64,000 bases of DNA from Myxococcales bacterium (GTDB lineage: Bacteria > Myxococcota_A > Polyangia > Polyangiales > DASUME01), in the NCBI GenBank assembly GCA_047601445.1, contig JASGJH010000001.1, positions 3,264,001 to 3,328,000 of the forward strand. The letters are read 5' to 3'. The position numbers were made by a program, and so were the translations under genes. Each line of letters opens with the position of its first letter. Position 1 is the first letter of the stretch. Shown here one piece after another: positions 43,834 through 53,521 of this stretch. Under the pieces are notes generated by a model. That model did not search any database and was not told where the DNA came from. It saw only the letters and a list, made by a program, of their open reading frames with translations.

Positions 43834-44534
43834 CCGAGAAGCCAGTCGTCATCGTCACGGGTTCGCGCAAAGGCATCGGCAAGCACCTGGCGGAGACCTA
43901 CGCGCAGCGTGGCTACCTCGTGGAAGGCTGCAGCCGCGGCGGAGCCAGCTTCGAGCACGAGAACTACACCCACCACGAAGTCGACGTCGCCAACGAGAAG
44001 CAGGTGAAAGCGATGATTACGAACGTGGCCAAGCGCCACGGTCGCATCGACGTGCTCATGAACAACGCGGCCATCGCCACCATGAACCACGTGCTGCTGA
44101 CCCCGGCGGCCACCTCGAACCGCATGCTCGAGGTCAACGTCACGGGCACCATGCTGTTCTGTCGCGACGCCGCCAAGGTCATGATGCGTCGCCGCTATGG
44201 CCGCATCATCAACTTCACCACCATCGTGGCCCCCATCGCGCTGGCGGGCGAAGCCATCTACGCCGCCTCCAAGAGCGCCGTGGTCACGCTAACCCGCATT
44301 TTGGCCTTCGAGCTCGGACAGTGGGGCATCACCTGCAACTCGTTCGGTGCCACCCCCATCATGACCGACATGATCAAGGGCGTACCGAAGGACAAGATCG
44401 ACGCGGTGGTGCAGAACCTGGCCATCAAGCGCCTCGGCACCTACGAAGATTGCTCCAACGTGTGCGACTTCTTCATCAGCCCGGCCAGCGACAACATTAC
44501 CGGTCAGGTCATCTATCTCGGCGGAATCACCTGA
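43830..44534 (+). CDS. SDR oxidoreductase (FabG-like ketoacyl reductase)
   Basis: TGSRKGIG, NNAA, YAASK, ITGQVI.LGG. Confidence 0.9.
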   Translation: MTEKPVVIVTGSRKGIGKHLAETYAQRGYLVEGCSRGGASFEHENYTHHEVDVANEKQVKAMITNVAKRHGRIDVLMNNAAIATMNHVLLTPAATSNRMLEVNVTGTMLFCRDAAKVMMRRRYGRIINFTTIVAPIALAGEAIYAASKSAVVTLTRILAFELGQWGITCNSFGATPIMTDMIKGVPKDKIDAVVQNLAIKRLGTYEDCSNVCDFFISPASDNITGQVIYLGGIT

Positions 44535-45947
44535 GTGAGCGAGCACGTGGAAGCTGCCGCGCCAAGCACCAACGACCCGGGTACGGAATGGTTGTTCGAA
44601 CGCATGGCCGAGCGCCGGGACCAGCCAGCGCTCGTGTGGCAAGACAAGGTGTCGTCGTTCGGGGACTTGCTGGCACGGGCGCAGGATTGGCACGCAGAGC
44701 TCGAGCGCCGCAAGGTCGTCGCCGGTAGCGTGGTGCTCATCGAGGGCGGCTTCTCGCCCAACGCGGTGGGTCTCGTGCTGGCGCTCGTGCAGCGCAAGGC
44801 CGTGATCGTGCCGCTCACCCCGCTGTCACGGGTACACCGCCCGCAGTTCGTCGAGCTGGCCCAGGTGCAGTGCAGTGTGCTGTTCGACGACCAAGACCAG
44901 TGGACCATCGTCGAAGAGGGACACTCCGTAGACAACGCCCTGCTGCAGAAGCTCACCGCGCGCGGCCACCCCGGGCTCGTGATCTTCTCCTCGGGCTCCA
45001 CGGGCAAGCCCAAGGCCGTGCTCCACGACATGGTGGCACTGCTCGGCAAGTTCAGGAAGCCCTCGGCCCCCAAGAGCATTTTGACCTTCCTGCTGTTCGA
45101 TCACATCGGCGGCATGGATACCCTGTTCACCTCCCTGAGCAGCGGCGGCACCATGGTCACCACGCCCAGCCGCGACCCGGACGTCGTGTGCCGAGCCATC
45201 GCGGCCCATCGGGTCCACACCCTGCCCGCCTCGCCCACCTTCCTCAACCTGCTGCTCATCTCCGAGGCCTACCGCAACCACGACATGAGCGCGCTGCGCG
45301 TGATCGCCTACGGCACCGAGTCGATGCCGACCAATGTTCTGCAAAAGCTGAGCGAAGCCTTCCCGGGCGTGAAACTGGCGCAGACCTATGGCATCTCGGA
45401 ACTCGGCGTACTGCGCACCCGTTCCCGCGACGATGGTTCGCTCTGGATCAAGTTCAAGACCGACGACTTCCAGGTCAAGGTCGTGGACAACGTACTCTGG
45501 ATCCGCACCCCCGCCGCGATGATGGGCTATCTCAACGCGCCCGATCTGCTCGACGCCGACGGCTGGCTCAACACCGAGGACGCCGTGGAGGTCGATGGCG
45601 ACTATTTCCGCATCCTCGGGCGCGTGAGCGAGCTGGTCAACGTGGGCGGCCAGAAGGTGTTCCCCGCGGAGGTGGAGAACATCATCTCGCAGATGGAGAA
45701 CGTGCGCGACGTGGCGGTGTACGGCGAGCGCAATCCGCTCACGGGACAGTCATTGGCCGCGCGCGTGAACCTGCTGACCCCCGAGCCCTTCGATGCCTTC
45801 CGGAAGCGCCTGCGAGCCTTTTGCCGGGAGCGCCTGCCGAGCTACAAGATCCCCACCCGCGTCGAACTGACCGAACAGGACCAGTTCGGCACGCGCTTCA
45901 AGAAGATGCGCCGCCAATCGCCCGAAAAGCCTGGGGAGTCCTCGTGA
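44535..45947 (+). CDS. Adenylate-forming acyl-CoA/ACP ligase
   Basis: FSSGSTGKPK, QTYGISE, GR..ELVNVGGQKV.P.EVE, YKIP. Confidence 0.9.
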   Translation: MSEHVEAAAPSTNDPGTEWLFERMAERRDQPALVWQDKVSSFGDLLARAQDWHAELERRKVVAGSVVLIEGGFSPNAVGLVLALVQRKAVIVPLTPLSRVHRPQFVELAQVQCSVLFDDQDQWTIVEEGHSVDNALLQKLTARGHPGLVIFSSGSTGKPKAVLHDMVALLGKFRKPSAPKSILTFLLFDHIGGMDTLFTSLSSGGTMVTTPSRDPDVVCRAIAAHRVHTLPASPTFLNLLLISEAYRNHDMSALRVIAYGTESMPTNVLQKLSEAFPGVKLAQTYGISELGVLRTRSRDDGSLWIKFKTDDFQVKVVDNVLWIRTPAAMMGYLNAPDLLDADGWLNTEDAVEVDGDYFRILGRVSELVNVGGQKVFPAEVENIISQMENVRDVAVYGERNPLTGQSLAARVNLLTPEPFDAFRKRLRAFCRERLPSYKIPTRVELTEQDQFGTRFKKMRRQSPEKPGESS

Positions 45948-46540
45948 ACGTAAGCCCACAGCATGTCCGCTCGCTGGTCGAGCGCGCACGCAGCATTTTC
46001 ACCGACGAGTTCGGCCAGTTCCGGATGAACCTGCAGAGCGCGCGGCTCATCTCGCGGATGATCCCCGCGGCCGTGCCGCCTCGCGAGGCCAACGCCATCC
46101 GCGTCGCGCTGCTTCGTCAGATGGGGTTCAGCGTGGGCGAAGGCACGGTCTTCGCCGGCATGCCCAACCTGCAGGCCACCGGCGACGCCATGAAGGGCAT
46201 GCTGGAGGTCGGTCACGATTGCTCCATCGATCTCGAAGTCACCTTCGACCTCGGAGAGCGCATCACGCTGGGGAACTCGGTGACCATTGGGCATCAGGTG
46301 CTCCTGCTCACCACGTCCCACGAGCTCGGTCCGCGCGTGCATCGCGCAGGCCCGGTGACCCGTCAGCCGATCAAGATCTGCGATGGAGCCTGGATCGGTG
46401 CGCGGGCGGTGATCCTGCCAGGGATCACCGTGGGCGCTGGCGCGGTCGTGGCGCCCGGCACGTTGGTTACGAAGGACGTGCCCGAGGACACTCGAGTGGG
46501 CGGCGTTCCTGCGAAGGGCGGCGAGAAGCTCGCGCCATGA
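45944..46540 (+). CDS. Left-handed beta-helix acyltransferase #2
   Basis: GTGA overlap; SHELG, PIKICDGAWIGARAVILPGITVG, GGVPAK. Confidence 0.88.
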   Translation: MNVSPQHVRSLVERARSIFTDEFGQFRMNLQSARLISRMIPAAVPPREANAIRVALLRQMGFSVGEGTVFAGMPNLQATGDAMKGMLEVGHDCSIDLEVTFDLGERITLGNSVTIGHQVLLLTTSHELGPRVHRAGPVTRQPIKICDGAWIGARAVILPGITVGAGAVVAPGTLVTKDVPEDTRVGGVPAKGGEKLAP

Positions 46541-47391
46541 GTTCGACAAAGCGCCGGCCCTGGATGATCGCGCTGGCCGCGATCGGAGTAGCGGTACTCA
46601 TGTTGCCTCTCGTCCAACGGGTCCTCCACCGTCACATCATCCGCTATGTCTACGCGACCGGCGCCATCGACCCGGCCGCCTACCGCACACTCACGGGCAA
46701 GCCCGCCTGGCATGCGAGCGAGCTCGAGGTCGAGCCGGGCGTGAAGCTCAAGGGCATCGTGCGTCGTCCCAGCGCGAGCGACGCACCGTGGATCTTCTTT
46801 CTGACCGGGAACGATCAGACACCGCTCATCACGGCCCAGCAGTTCATCGAGAACGTGCGCGGCGACCACGACTGGGGAGCCGCGGTGTACGCCTATCGCG
46901 GCTACGACTCGTCGGAAGGCACGCCCGATCGTGATGACATCGCTGCCGACATGCTGTCGGTCTTCCATCAATTGGTGGAAAAAGAGCGCGTGCCGGCCAA
47001 GCGCATCCACGTGGCGGCCTTCTCACTGGGTGCCTACTTCGCCTCGTCCGTGGTGGCAGCGCTGCCTGCCGCCGACAAGCCGGGCTCCCTCACGCTGCTG
47101 GCACCTGCCGCAGACATCTACATGATCCGCAAGTCCTGGGCAGCGCCACTTTTGGCGGGCGACCGCATCGAGACCGTGCCGCTCCTGGACAAGGTTCCTG
47201 CCCCGGTGCTCGTGTTGCAGGGAGCCGACGACCAAACCACGGGCGTGGTGCAGGGCAAGGCGGTGGCGGGCGCGCTCGGCTCGAAGGCTCGCTACCAGGA
47301 GTTCCCGGGCATCGGCCACACCGAGCTGCTCGAGTCCACGCTGGCCGCAGCCGCGACCCGGGCGGGCATCGAAGCGCAGCTAGCCCACTGA
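46537..47391 (+). CDS. Membrane-anchored alpha/beta hydrolase
   Basis: N-terminal TM, YRGYDSSEG, AFSLG nucleophile, QGADD, GIGH; ATGA overlap. Confidence 0.85.
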   Translation: MSSTKRRPWMIALAAIGVAVLMLPLVQRVLHRHIIRYVYATGAIDPAAYRTLTGKPAWHASELEVEPGVKLKGIVRRPSASDAPWIFFLTGNDQTPLITAQQFIENVRGDHDWGAAVYAYRGYDSSEGTPDRDDIAADMLSVFHQLVEKERVPAKRIHVAAFSLGAYFASSVVAALPAADKPGSLTLLAPAADIYMIRKSWAAPLLAGDRIETVPLLDKVPAPVLVLQGADDQTTGVVQGKAVAGALGSKARYQEFPGIGHTELLESTLAAAATRAGIEAQLAH

Positions 47392-47409
47392 GGGCTCGGC
47401 CGCGGGGCG

Positions 47410-49074
47410 TCAGTGGCGCCCTGCGGCAGCGCGCGTCTGCTTCGCGGCTGGCCGCGATGCCAGATCGGACAGCGTACCGAACAGCGCATCGCGATCGAGG
47501 GGCTTCGGAAGAAACGCGGAAAACCCCGAGAGAAAGGCGCGATCCACGTCGTCCGGACTCGAAAGCGCGCTGATCGCCAGCATCTTGCAGCGGCTGCCGT
47601 AGCGACGACGAATCTCACTCGCCAGCTCGAAGCCATTGGTTCCCGGCATGCGCAGGTCGCTCACCACGAGATCGATGGGCTCCCCTTCGAGCCGCGCCAG
47701 CGCGGCCGCGGCCCCGGGCACGCTCACAGCCTCGGCCCCGAACCCGCGCACGGCCCGCGCCGTGATTTCCCGGATGTCGTCGTCATCGTCCACCACCAGC
47801 ACGCGCAGCCCGTGCAGAACGCTGCTGAGCTCGGGAGCCACGGGCCGCGCCGGAGTGCCGCTGCTGCGTTCGGCGAGGGCCAATAGCTCCACGGTGAAGA
47901 GCGAGCCCCTACCGCGCCCGTCGCTGTGCGCGGTGACGCGCCCCTCGTGCAGGTCCACCAGGTGCTTGGTGATCGCCAGCCCTAGGCCGAGCCCGCTGTC
48001 GCGGGTGCGGGGCGCCTCACCCTGGCGGAAGGCCTCGAACATGCGCGGTAAGAGCTGCGCATCGATGCCGCGCCCGCTGTCGCGCACCTCGATGCGCGCG
48101 GCGATGCCCTGGCGCGCCACCTTGACCTGCACGCTGCCACGCTCGGGCGTGAACTTGATGGCGTTACCTACCAGGTTCTGCAGCACCTGCTCCAGTCTGG
48201 ACGCGTCTCCCATCACGAACACCCCTGGCTCCGCCTCCACGCTGAGCTGGATGCCGCGCTTGTGGGCGGTGATGGCGAGGCTGGTACCGAGACTGCGCAC
48301 CAACTCACTCAAGTCGAGTGGGATACGCTCCAGCCTGAGCTTGCCTGCGGCGATGCGTGAGAGGTCGACCAGGTCTTCGATCAGCTTGGCCTGCAGGCGC
48401 GCGTTGCGCTCGATGGCCTCGAGCGCACTCACCGTGTGGACGTCGTAGTCCTGGCGTCGCTCCAGCAGGTAGGCGCTCCACCCCACCACCACGTTCAACG
48501 GCGTGCGCAGGTCGTGCCCGACTGCCGCGAAGAAGAGGTCCTTGGCCAGGCTCTCGGCCTCGGCCGCCTCGCGCGCGCGGTTGAGCTCGAGCATGCGCTC
48601 GCGCTCGGTCAGATCGCTGACCACCACCACGAAACGGCGCCCATCGCCGCTGCCCACCTGGGTCAAAGCGAGCTGCACCGAGAGCTCGCGCTCGTCGGAC
48701 ACGTGGAGCCGAACACCGAGCTTTTGCGATTGGTCACTGGCCAAGGCATCGCGAAACGCAAACGCAGGCGACACGATGAAGGCGTCGAAGGGCACGCCCA
48801 GCAGCTCCTCGCGCGGACGGCCGATGAGCTCTGCCATGAAGCGATTGCAGTAGAGGATGTGCCCCGAGGCGTCGAGTGATACGGCGCCCTCGGCCATCTG
48901 CTCCAGGAATTGTCGATAGGGCAGGTCGGCGCTCTCCAGCGTGTAGACCTGCTGCCCCTCCGAGCCGCGAACCACCACGGCGTCGACCAGGCCCTCGCGG
49001 ATCGCGTTGAGGGTCGCCTCGGCCTCCTCGAGCCTCTGACGTAACCGCTCGGTGTCGTCGCTCGAAACGCTCAT
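47410..49074 (-). CDS. PAS-domain hybrid histidine kinase/response regulator (kai-associated)
   Basis: AAGGAGG RBS; LEEAEATLNAIREG N-terminus; PAS; HDLRTPL; NAIKFT; DSGRG; GLGLGL; receiver SDLRMP. Confidence 0.93.
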   Translation of the reverse strand: MSVSSDDTERLRQRLEEAEATLNAIREGLVDAVVVRGSEGQQVYTLESADLPYRQFLEQMAEGAVSLDASGHILYCNRFMAELIGRPREELLGVPFDAFIVSPAFAFRDALASDQSQKLGVRLHVSDERELSVQLALTQVGSGDGRRFVVVVSDLTERERMLELNRAREAAEAESLAKDLFFAAVGHDLRTPLNVVVGWSAYLLERRQDYDVHTVSALEAIERNARLQAKLIEDLVDLSRIAAGKLRLERIPLDLSELVRSLGTSLAITAHKRGIQLSVEAEPGVFVMGDASRLEQVLQNLVGNAIKFTPERGSVQVKVARQGIAARIEVRDSGRGIDAQLLPRMFEAFRQGEAPRTRDSGLGLGLAITKHLVDLHEGRVTAHSDGRGRGSLFTVELLALAERSSGTPARPVAPELSSVLHGLRVLVVDDDDDIREITARAVRGFGAEAVSVPGAAAALARLEGEPIDLVVSDLRMPGTNGFELASEIRRRYGSRCKMLAISALSSPDDVDRAFLSGFSAFLPKPLDRDALFGTLSDLASRPAAKQTRAAAGRH

Positions 49075-49117
49075 GGCCAGAACCTCCTTAGGCGGTGACG
49101 CGCACAACGCGAATCCG

Positions 49118-49468
49118 TCAGCGTGCCCCGCCCCTGGACAGATCGAGGGAGACCAGCGCCTTGTCCGCGTCCGAGAGGTCGCCGATCACGCGCTTGATGG
49201 GTTCGGGGAGCTTGCGGATCAAGGTCGGGATCGCGACGATTTGATGCGTCTTGGCGAGACTCGGCTCCTTGAGCAGATCGATCACCTCGATGGTGTAACC
49301 CGTCTTGAGGTGAGCCTCGCATAGCTTGCGTAGGTTCGTGATCGCCGAGCGCGATTTCGGAGAATCACCCGCCACGTAGAGTCGAAGATTCCAGACATTT
49401 TCGACTCCGTTCTGGCGCAACGCGTCTTCTTGATGGCCCATGGGATTCCCCCGATCCTCGAAGATCAC
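49118..49468 (-). CDS. kaiB: Clock protein KaiB
   Basis: LRLYVAG.SPKS..AI.NL, EVIDL, AIPTLIRKLPEP..RVIGDLS; alternative start ATG 49441. Confidence 0.95.
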   Translation of the reverse strand: MIFEDRGNPMGHQEDALRQNGVENVWNLRLYVAGDSPKSRSAITNLRKLCEAHLKTGYTIEVIDLLKEPSLAKTHQIVAIPTLIRKLPEPIKRVIGDLSDADKALVSLDLSRGGAR

Positions 49469-51216
49469 TTGTCTGCCATGCGACGGGCGGACATTTGGGT
49501 GCGGTCACGCTCGAGCTGCGCTGCATCGAACTTGGCGTCCCGCATCGACGTTTCGAGCTCGAACACCTCGGCGTCGAACTCGGCCTGTAGCCGCGCGAGC
49601 TGCTCGTGATGGAGCGCGCGCTTGCGCTCCAGTAGTCGCAGTTTTCGCTCAGCCTCCAGTTCCAGATGACGTCTGACCGCGACCTCCTTGGCCTCCTGGG
49701 ACGTACGCGCCGAGCCGGTGAGTACACCCGAGGCCCCCACGTAGACGTCCAGCAGCTCCACGCCGTGGTTGGTGAGCACGAATTCACGCACCTGGTTCGA
49801 GTGCGCCATGCCGCGCGACTTGAGCACGTACAGACCGCGATTTCGCTCGCCGTTGCTCTCGATGTTCTTGACCAGGAGCCACGTGTCCACCACGGAGGAG
49901 ATGGCCACCTCGGTGGCCTCCAGCGCGGAGCCGCCACCCGTCAGGCTCGTCAGCAACATGGTGATGCCCTGGCCCTTGAGGAAATCCACCAAGCGCACCA
50001 GCATTTGGTGGGCATCGACGCTGTTCGCAGCGAAGTTGCTTACGGGGTCGAAGATCACCGCCGTCGGGCCGAACTCGCGCACGGCCCGGTGAATCACGGC
50101 GAGGTGCGTCTCGAGGCCGTGGGCCGTGGGCCGGGATGCCAAGAACCGCAGCAGGTCGCGCTCGACGTGCTGGCGCAGCGAGATGCCGATCGAGCTCATG
50201 TTGCGGATGATCTGCTCGGGCGACTCCTCGAACGAGAAATACAGCACCTTCTCGCCGCGGCGACAGATGGCGTCCGCGAAGTGCGCGCTGATGCTGCTCT
50301 TGCCTGCGCCTGCGGTGCCAGAGACGAGCACGGTACTTCCGCGATAATAGCCGCCCTCTCCGCCGAGCATGGAGTCCAGCCGCGGAATGCCGGTCGGCAC
50401 CCGCTCGTCGGAGACGCGATGGGCGAGTCCGGCGCTCGTGACGGGCAGCACCGAAACACCGCCCTCGTCGATCAAGAACGGGTACTCGTTGGTGCCGTGG
50501 GTGGAACCGCGATACTTGGCCACCCGCAGCCGGCGCGTGGAGACTTGGTCCACGATGCGGTGATCCAACACCACCACGCAGTCCGAGACGTACTCTTCCA
50601 GGCCATGCCGAGTGAGCTTTCCGTCGCCGCGTTCGGCCGTGATGATCGCCGTCACGCCACGCTCCTTGAGCCACTCGAATAGACGCCGCAGCTCGGAGCG
50701 GATCACGCCGTAGTTCGAGAGTCCGCCAAACAGCATCTCGAGGGTGTCGATCACCACGCGCTTGGCGCCGACGGAGTCGATCGCGAGACCCAGTCGCAGG
50801 AACAGCCCTTCCAGGTCGTACTCGCCGTTCTCCACGATCTCCTGGGGATCGATGCGAATGTGGTCGATGGACAGCAGTCCGCGACGCTCAAGATCTTTCA
50901 GGTCGAACCCGAGCGAGGCAACGTTCTCGACGAGATCCTCGGGGCGTTCCTCGAAGGCGATGAAGGCGCCGGGCTCGTCGTAGCGCGTGGCGCCGCGCAC
51001 CAGGAACTGCATGCCGAACAGAGTCTTGCCGCAACCGGCGGCGCCACACACGAGCGTCGGTCGACCCGCCGGCAAGCCACCATCGAGCACTTCGTCGAGA
51101 CCCGCGATGCCCGTGGGAGCCTTGCGAATCGCCCTGCGCTCGGCGTGCTCCGGCCAGGTTCCGTTGGAACCGCCTGCCGCGTTCGCCGCTGTGGATGAAT
51201 CGAGGTCGTTCATCAT
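49465..51216 (-). CDS. kaiC: Clock protein KaiC (double RecA-like domain)
   Basis: Walker A GAAGCGKT and GTAGAGKS, FEE, KYRGSTH, KSRGMAHSN, ISSVVD; C-terminal coiled-coil extension. Confidence 0.97.
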   Translation of the reverse strand: MMNDLDSSTAANAAGGSNGTWPEHAERRAIRKAPTGIAGLDEVLDGGLPAGRPTLVCGAAGCGKTLFGMQFLVRGATRYDEPGAFIAFEERPEDLVENVASLGFDLKDLERRGLLSIDHIRIDPQEIVENGEYDLEGLFLRLGLAIDSVGAKRVVIDTLEMLFGGLSNYGVIRSELRRLFEWLKERGVTAIITAERGDGKLTRHGLEEYVSDCVVVLDHRIVDQVSTRRLRVAKYRGSTHGTNEYPFLIDEGGVSVLPVTSAGLAHRVSDERVPTGIPRLDSMLGGEGGYYRGSTVLVSGTAGAGKSSISAHFADAICRRGEKVLYFSFEESPEQIIRNMSSIGISLRQHVERDLLRFLASRPTAHGLETHLAVIHRAVREFGPTAVIFDPVSNFAANSVDAHQMLVRLVDFLKGQGITMLLTSLTGGGSALEATEVAISSVVDTWLLVKNIESNGERNRGLYVLKSRGMAHSNQVREFVLTNHGVELLDVYVGASGVLTGSARTSQEAKEVAVRRHLELEAERKLRLLERKRALHHEQLARLQAEFDAEVFELETSMRDAKFDAAQLERDRTQMSARRMADK

Positions 51217-51514
51217 CTGACGGCAAGGTATGGCGGCGTGGATCGGGAAGCAAGCTCAATGAATCGCAGAATTTCCCTGAAAAATGGGCGCAATTGACAC
51301 ATGCGCCAAAATGCCACGAAGCCCCGACCAACGCTGTGTCGAGTCCATGATCGCGCTCGCATCGCCCCAGTCGCGTCGCGCGCTGGTCCGTATGGGCCTC
51401 GCTCCAGCGTGCGCGCTGAATACGCGCTGCGCGTGACTTTCGCGGAGACGTTCATGCGCGCGGGTCATCTGCGCGCGCGAGAAAACGGCACGACCTGTGC
51501 GTAGATGCTGCTCG

Positions 51515-52600
51515 ATGCCCCCGCTTGCCCAACATTCCCACCGTGATGCGACGCGCCGTTCCCACGCACTCGTCGTCGGCTCACTTCTCAACGCAGACCT
51601 CGAGGTAACGGGCGTGCTCGGCGAAGGCGGCACGGCGGTGGTCTACAGCGCGTTCCACACGGTGCTCGCGCGCGAGGTCGCCGTGAAGGTGTGTACGGTG
51701 CGAGGATCCCACGCCATCGAGGCTCAAATGAGGCTCATTTGTGAGGCCAAAATGTGCGCCTCCATCCGTGATGCGCGGATTCCACGCGTGTACGGGCTCG
51801 ACCGACTCGACGACGGGACGCTCTATATGGTGATGGAAAAGGTGGAGGGCGAGGCGCTCTCGAGGACGCTCGCACGCTGGCAAGTGCCCGTGCGCTACGC
51901 GTGTAAAGCGCTCTGCAATCTGCTCGACACACTCGAGAACGTGCACCGCGCGGGCCTGATCCATCGCGACATCAAGCCGAGCAACTTGCTCGTGGACCTG
52001 CGCCCGAGCGCGCGAACGCCCCTGCATCTGATCGACTTCGGCATCGCGAAGGTGTCGCGCGCCAGCAAGAACGATCCGGCGCTGACGCAAAACGGCGCCT
52101 TGGTTGGAACGCCGCGCTACATGGCGCCCGAGCAGATTGCGGGGCAAGTCGACACGGCGGCCGACCTTTATGCCTCAGGTATCGTGCTCTACGAGATGCT
52201 GGCTGGACGCGCACCCTTCGAGGGCAAGAGCGCGATGGAAGTGATCGCAGCGGTACTGTGTGATCCGATCCCGCCACTCGTCGAGCAGAGACCTGGCCTT
52301 CCGGAGCGTCTCTATCGCGTGGTGGATCGGGCAACCGCACGCGCACCTCGCGACCGCTTCAAGACCGCGAGCAGAATGCGCGCCGCCCTCCTGGAGGCCC
52401 TCGATGATGTGATCGCACTTGGCCCACGTCCGGAATTCGAAGCGAGGCCGCGACTTGACGACGAGCTGGACCCCAGCCGTTCCGAACTCGATGGGATGGG
52501 CACGGAGGACGAGGCCACCGAGGAGCGCACGCTCGGCGCCCGTCCCATGTGCCTGCGCGGCCCCACCAAGGTCGAAAGAGCCACATCGGCTCCGCGTTGA
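51515..52600 (+). CDS. Ser/Thr protein kinase
   Basis: LGEGGTAVV, VAVK, HRDIKPSN, DFG, GTPRYMAPE, DLYASG. Confidence 0.9.
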   Translation: MPPLAQHSHRDATRRSHALVVGSLLNADLEVTGVLGEGGTAVVYSAFHTVLAREVAVKVCTVRGSHAIEAQMRLICEAKMCASIRDARIPRVYGLDRLDDGTLYMVMEKVEGEALSRTLARWQVPVRYACKALCNLLDTLENVHRAGLIHRDIKPSNLLVDLRPSARTPLHLIDFGIAKVSRASKNDPALTQNGALVGTPRYMAPEQIAGQVDTAADLYASGIVLYEMLAGRAPFEGKSAMEVIAAVLCDPIPPLVEQRPGLPERLYRVVDRATARAPRDRFKTASRMRAALLEALDDVIALGPRPEFEARPRLDDELDPSRSELDGMGTEDEATEERTLGARPMCLRGPTKVERATSAPR

Positions 52601-52772
52601 GGCCGAAATCCTCAGGAACACGTTCATGCCGCCGCCCGCGCCCAGGTTCCAGCCCACTTTCTCGTCCTGTGGCCCTCCCCGAGGTCGGGCAAGCGCGGCA
52701 CCGTGAGCCCTACAGGAACCGCGGCGTAAAACTCGAGCGGCAAATGGCGCAAGGGCAGGTGAGCGGCACGCG
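52572..52772 (-). pseudogene. Frameshifted fragment of an outer-membrane beta-barrel-like gene
   Basis: Three joined frames read PLEFYAAVPVGLTVPRLPD / DEKVGWNLGAGGGMNVFL / EDFGLNAEPMWLF, resembling the C-terminal half of the 9750..10394 product. Confidence 0.45.
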
Positions 52773-52774
52773 GC

Positions 52775-53269
52775 TCAGTCGTCGCAAATATCCCCGGAGT
52801 TGCAGGAGATCATCCGCGCCAGCGAGTCGAACGGGTTCCCGCAGTCTTCTTGCTTGATGTCCCTGAGACACTCGTCGAGCTCCGCCTGCACGACGCCGTT
52901 CGGACACTCGTACTTGTTGAGGTCGTCGTTCCACTCAGCCCGGATCTTCTCCTCACAGATGTCCTTGTCGGCGTAGTCCTGGTCCGCACCGATGTTGCCG
53001 CAGCGCGCTTCACGCTCGCAGCGAGCATCCGCGATGGAACGGACGGCCAAGCTGTTGCTGATGCCCGATCCGAGCGCCGGTTCGCGACGGGGTTCGTCGT
53101 GGTGATGCTCGGCGCGCTGCGGCTCGTGACGCTCGTCGTGGTGCTCATCGTGATCCGCATCGGAATCGCCTGCGTGACGACTCTGTGGGTGCCCATGACG
53201 ACAGCCCGCCGCCGCCAATCCAACCACCACGACACCGACACCTATCGTCCAAGCCATCGTCTTCTGCAT
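52775..53269 (-). CDS. DUF6184-like Cys-rich lipoprotein
   Basis: GGAG RBS, lipobox AAGC, His-rich linker, IADARCEREARC..IG, CPNGV..LDECL..I..EDC. Confidence 0.78.
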   Translation of the reverse strand: MQKTMAWTIGVGVVVVGLAAAGCRHGHPQSRHAGDSDADHDEHHDERHEPQRAEHHHDEPRREPALGSGISNSLAVRSIADARCEREARCGNIGADQDYADKDICEEKIRAEWNDDLNKYECPNGVVQAELDECLRDIKQEDCGNPFDSLARMISCNSGDICDD

Positions 53270-53314
53270 CGCGTTCTCCTGTGGACTGAGTTCGAGACAC
53301 TCGAAGACTCGGAT

Positions 53315-53330
53315 TGCAGGCTGCGTGCCA
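53315..53330 (-). promoter_or_regulatory. Sigma54 -24/-12 promoter
   Basis: TGGCACGCAGCCTGCA (GG-N10-GC) about 45 nt upstream of ATG 53269. Confidence 0.65.
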
Positions 53331-53480
53331 GGGATTCCCGGCTGGGAACCCGCATCACGGACGGACGTCTGCACCCTCGCTGCGCATCCAGGGAGCCCTG
53401 TACGACCAGCTTGCCCCAATGGCGCAGCGCAGCCGCGCCGGACACAGAGGACAGCGCTCGTCAGGCTCACAGGCTGGCCC

Positions 53481-53521
53481 AAAACGAAGAAGGCCGCCTG
53501 GCTCGTGGGAGCAGGCGGCCT
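53481..53521 (-). terminator. Rho-independent terminator of the FadF-like gene
   Basis: AGGCCGCCTG...CAGGCGGCCT stem followed on the minus strand by TCTTCGTTTT. Confidence 0.75.

Noticed and set aside
51301..51504. 67-aa ORF between kaiC and the kinase
   Set aside because: No RBS or recognisable motif; probably the divergent promoter region
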